A program made the translations under genes and the position numbers. Positions 36,338 to 37,663 of a DNA stretch of 37,663 nt are shown here, piece by piece. Under the pieces are notes generated by a model. The model made no database searches and was not told where the DNA came from. It was given only the letters and a program-made list of their open reading frames with translations. Numbering within the stretch: the stretch's first letter is position 1; every line of letters begins with the position of its first letter. Source of the DNA: an uncultured archaeon (lineage in GTDB: Archaea > Aenigmatarchaeota > Aenigmatarchaeia > CG10238-14); assembly GCA_964392445.1 (NCBI GenBank), contig CAYMPD010000010.1, positions 1-37,663 of the forward strand, given 5' to 3'.

Positions 36338-36398
36338 ATTGTAACTAGATAAAACCAATGCATCATTTTATTCAGACATACTGGCACCTAGTTTACAA
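36338..36398 (-). ncRNA. H/ACA-like K-loop hairpin in the 23S leader
   Basis: Basal stem AACUAG/CUAGUU followed directly by ACA, an internal pocket, a short upper stem, and an apical CUGA-AUAAA-AUGAUG K-loop. No target identified. Confidence 0.5.
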
Positions 36399-36418
36399 GA
36401 ATAATATTGGTAGGAGCA

Positions 36419-36434
36419 TATTTAAATAGTTTAT
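36419..36434 (-). promoter_or_regulatory. Probable promoter (TATA box) of the 23S precursor
   Basis: Minus-strand TTTAAATA at 36426-36419 would place the start site near 36400, at the first leader hairpin; no other clear TATA lies between it and the 23S. Confidence 0.55.
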
Positions 36435-36452
36435 GAATAAATTCAAATTGTC

Positions 36453-37196
36453 CTAAAATCTTTTACTCAAACTTCTTTTATGCCAAATTATAGCTACAAT
36501 GAAAAACAGGGTAGTAAAACCTAAAAGGATTACTAAGTTCAAAATTGGTGACAAATAGCTACTACCTTCGATCGAATATCTGGCTATATCTGTATAATAA
36601 GTTAAAGGGGAAATGAATGAGATAAGTCTACTTGCACCAGGCATTTGACTAAGAGGAATAAAGACCCCGCTTATAAAAATTAAAGGAAATTTTATCAGGG
36701 AGGATAACATCATTATATTGGAAGGTTTATCAGTAGGGGGTGCAGATAGGACTAAACCGAATGCAGAGAAACAGAAAGCAGCTATTATTGTCCCTAATAC
36801 CAGACTTAAGGTTATAATCTCAATTCCCAATAACGCAACACCTAATAAAAGGACAAAGGTTATTACAAAGAGTCCAAATAAAAAGGATGCTAACATATCC
36901 CCAAAAATGATTGCCCATAGAGATATTGGAGCTGAAACAATACGCTCGAGAGTTTTTGTACTAGTCTCCATTGGAGCTATAGCTGGACCAATAGAGGTTG
37001 ATGTGAAAAAAAGGGCCATAGGTAATAAACCAGAAAACAAGAATTCCATTGTCAGTTCTTTACCCAAAGCAAAAGATACGAACAAAAACGCGGGTAAAAG
37101 CAGACCAAAAATTATCACCGGTCCTTTCATGTAATATATGGATAAATCTTTTTTAACGATTGCTAAAGATCTTTTTATCTGATCCAAAATGTTCAT
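36453..37196 (-). CDS. ABC-2 type transporter permease
   Basis: Six TM helices; TLERIVSAPIS, FISGVFIPL, ISPLTY. Confidence 0.88.
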   Translation of the reverse strand: MNILDQIKRSLAIVKKDLSIYYMKGPVIIFGLLLPAFLFVSFALGKELTMEFLFSGLLPMALFFTSTSIGPAIAPMETSTKTLERIVSAPISLWAIIFGDMLASFLFGLFVITFVLLLGVALLGIEIITLSLVLGTIIAAFCFSAFGLVLSAPPTDKPSNIMMLSSLIKFPLIFISGVFIPLSQMPGASRLISFISPLTYYTDIARYSIEGSSYLSPILNLVILLGFTTLFFIVAIIWHKRSLSKRF

Positions 37197-37663
37197 TTCT
37201 TCTCACCAGTCAATTTTACAAATATGTCTTCAAGATTTGGGCCCAAAGTGTTAATAGATAAAATTTTATTTTTTGAAGATTGAGAATACTTGAACAGAAG
37301 AGGTATGACTTCTTCTGGGTTTTCCGTATAAAGTTTTACTTTATCGCCTTTCTTTTTTATCTCCACGACTTCTTTGAACTGGAGTTTTTCCATATTCACT
37401 TTTTTATCAAAAGCGACCTCGATGGATGAAGTACTCTGAATTATATGCTTTAATCTGGCAGGTCGATCTAAGGCTACAATCTTTCCATAATTCATGATGG
37501 CAATTTTATCACATAAACTATCTGCTTCCTCTATATTATGAGTTGTCAAGATGATAGTTGTTCCTTCATCATTAAATTTTCTGATAAGTTTTCTTATCAG
37601 TCTAACACTTTCCACATCAAGACCAGAAGTGGGTTCGTCTAAAAATAATAATTCCGGATCATT
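37193..37663 (-). CDS. ABC transporter ATP-binding subunit (5'-truncated by the window edge)
   Basis: The frame is open from the window end: NDPELLFLDEPTSGLDVESV (Walker B/D-loop), ILTTHNIEEA (H-loop). Confidence 0.92.
   Translation of the reverse strand, partial: NDPELLFLDEPTSGLDVESVRLIRKLIRKFNDEGTTIILTTHNIEEADSLCDKIAIMNYGKIVALDRPARLKHIIQSTSSIEVAFDKKVNMEKLQFKEVVEIKKKGDKVKLYTENPEEVIPLLFKYSQSSKNKILSINTLGPNLEDIFVKLTGEKK

Noticed and set aside
36349-36387. 23S U1931 (AUAAAG-UA-GCGU) as the target of the H/ACA-like pocket
   Set aside because: The pairing needs three G-U pairs, gives a shorter-than-canonical ACA spacing and conflicts with the K-loop stem; too weak to call.

Overview
AT-rich archaeal chromosomal DNA, most likely from a DPANN lineage (Aenigmatarchaeota-like; inferred from archaeal-type AspRS, EppA-type pilins, a stand-alone 23S rRNA gene and bulge-helix-bulge introns). 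From left to right: an AbiE-like wHTH plus nucleotidyltransferase pair; aspS; an AAA+/DUF4143 ATPase with tandem palindromic operators; an alanine aminotransferase; a metal/redox cluster (HypC-like protein, EamA, ZIP, FNR-like reductase, an unannotated rubredoxin); a cation/proton antiporter; a divergent type IV pilus locus (vWA adhesin, minor pilins, CBS protein, ATPase, two TadC, major pilin) interrupted by a VapBC relic; HycI; an aldehyde dehydrogenase; an MNT-HEPN toxin-antitoxin pair; a compact group 4 [NiFe]-hydrogenase operon with a shortened antiporter subunit and an unannotated 48-aa membrane subunit; a box C/D sRNA predicted to target 16S; an Lrp regulator; a minus-strand 23S rRNA gene; and an ABC-2 transporter. 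The 23S gene carries three BHB introns (after E. coli positions 782, 1062 and 2449): two encode LAGLIDADG endonucleases and one keeps only a C-terminal relic. The most striking element is the 23S 5' leader. It holds a box C/D guide RNA whose two guides pair with this same 23S peptidyl-transferase centre (predicted targets U2552 and A2600), preceded by an H/ACA-like K-loop hairpin, while a perfect BHB sits directly on helix 1. All E. coli numbering was assigned by eye from conserved motifs.
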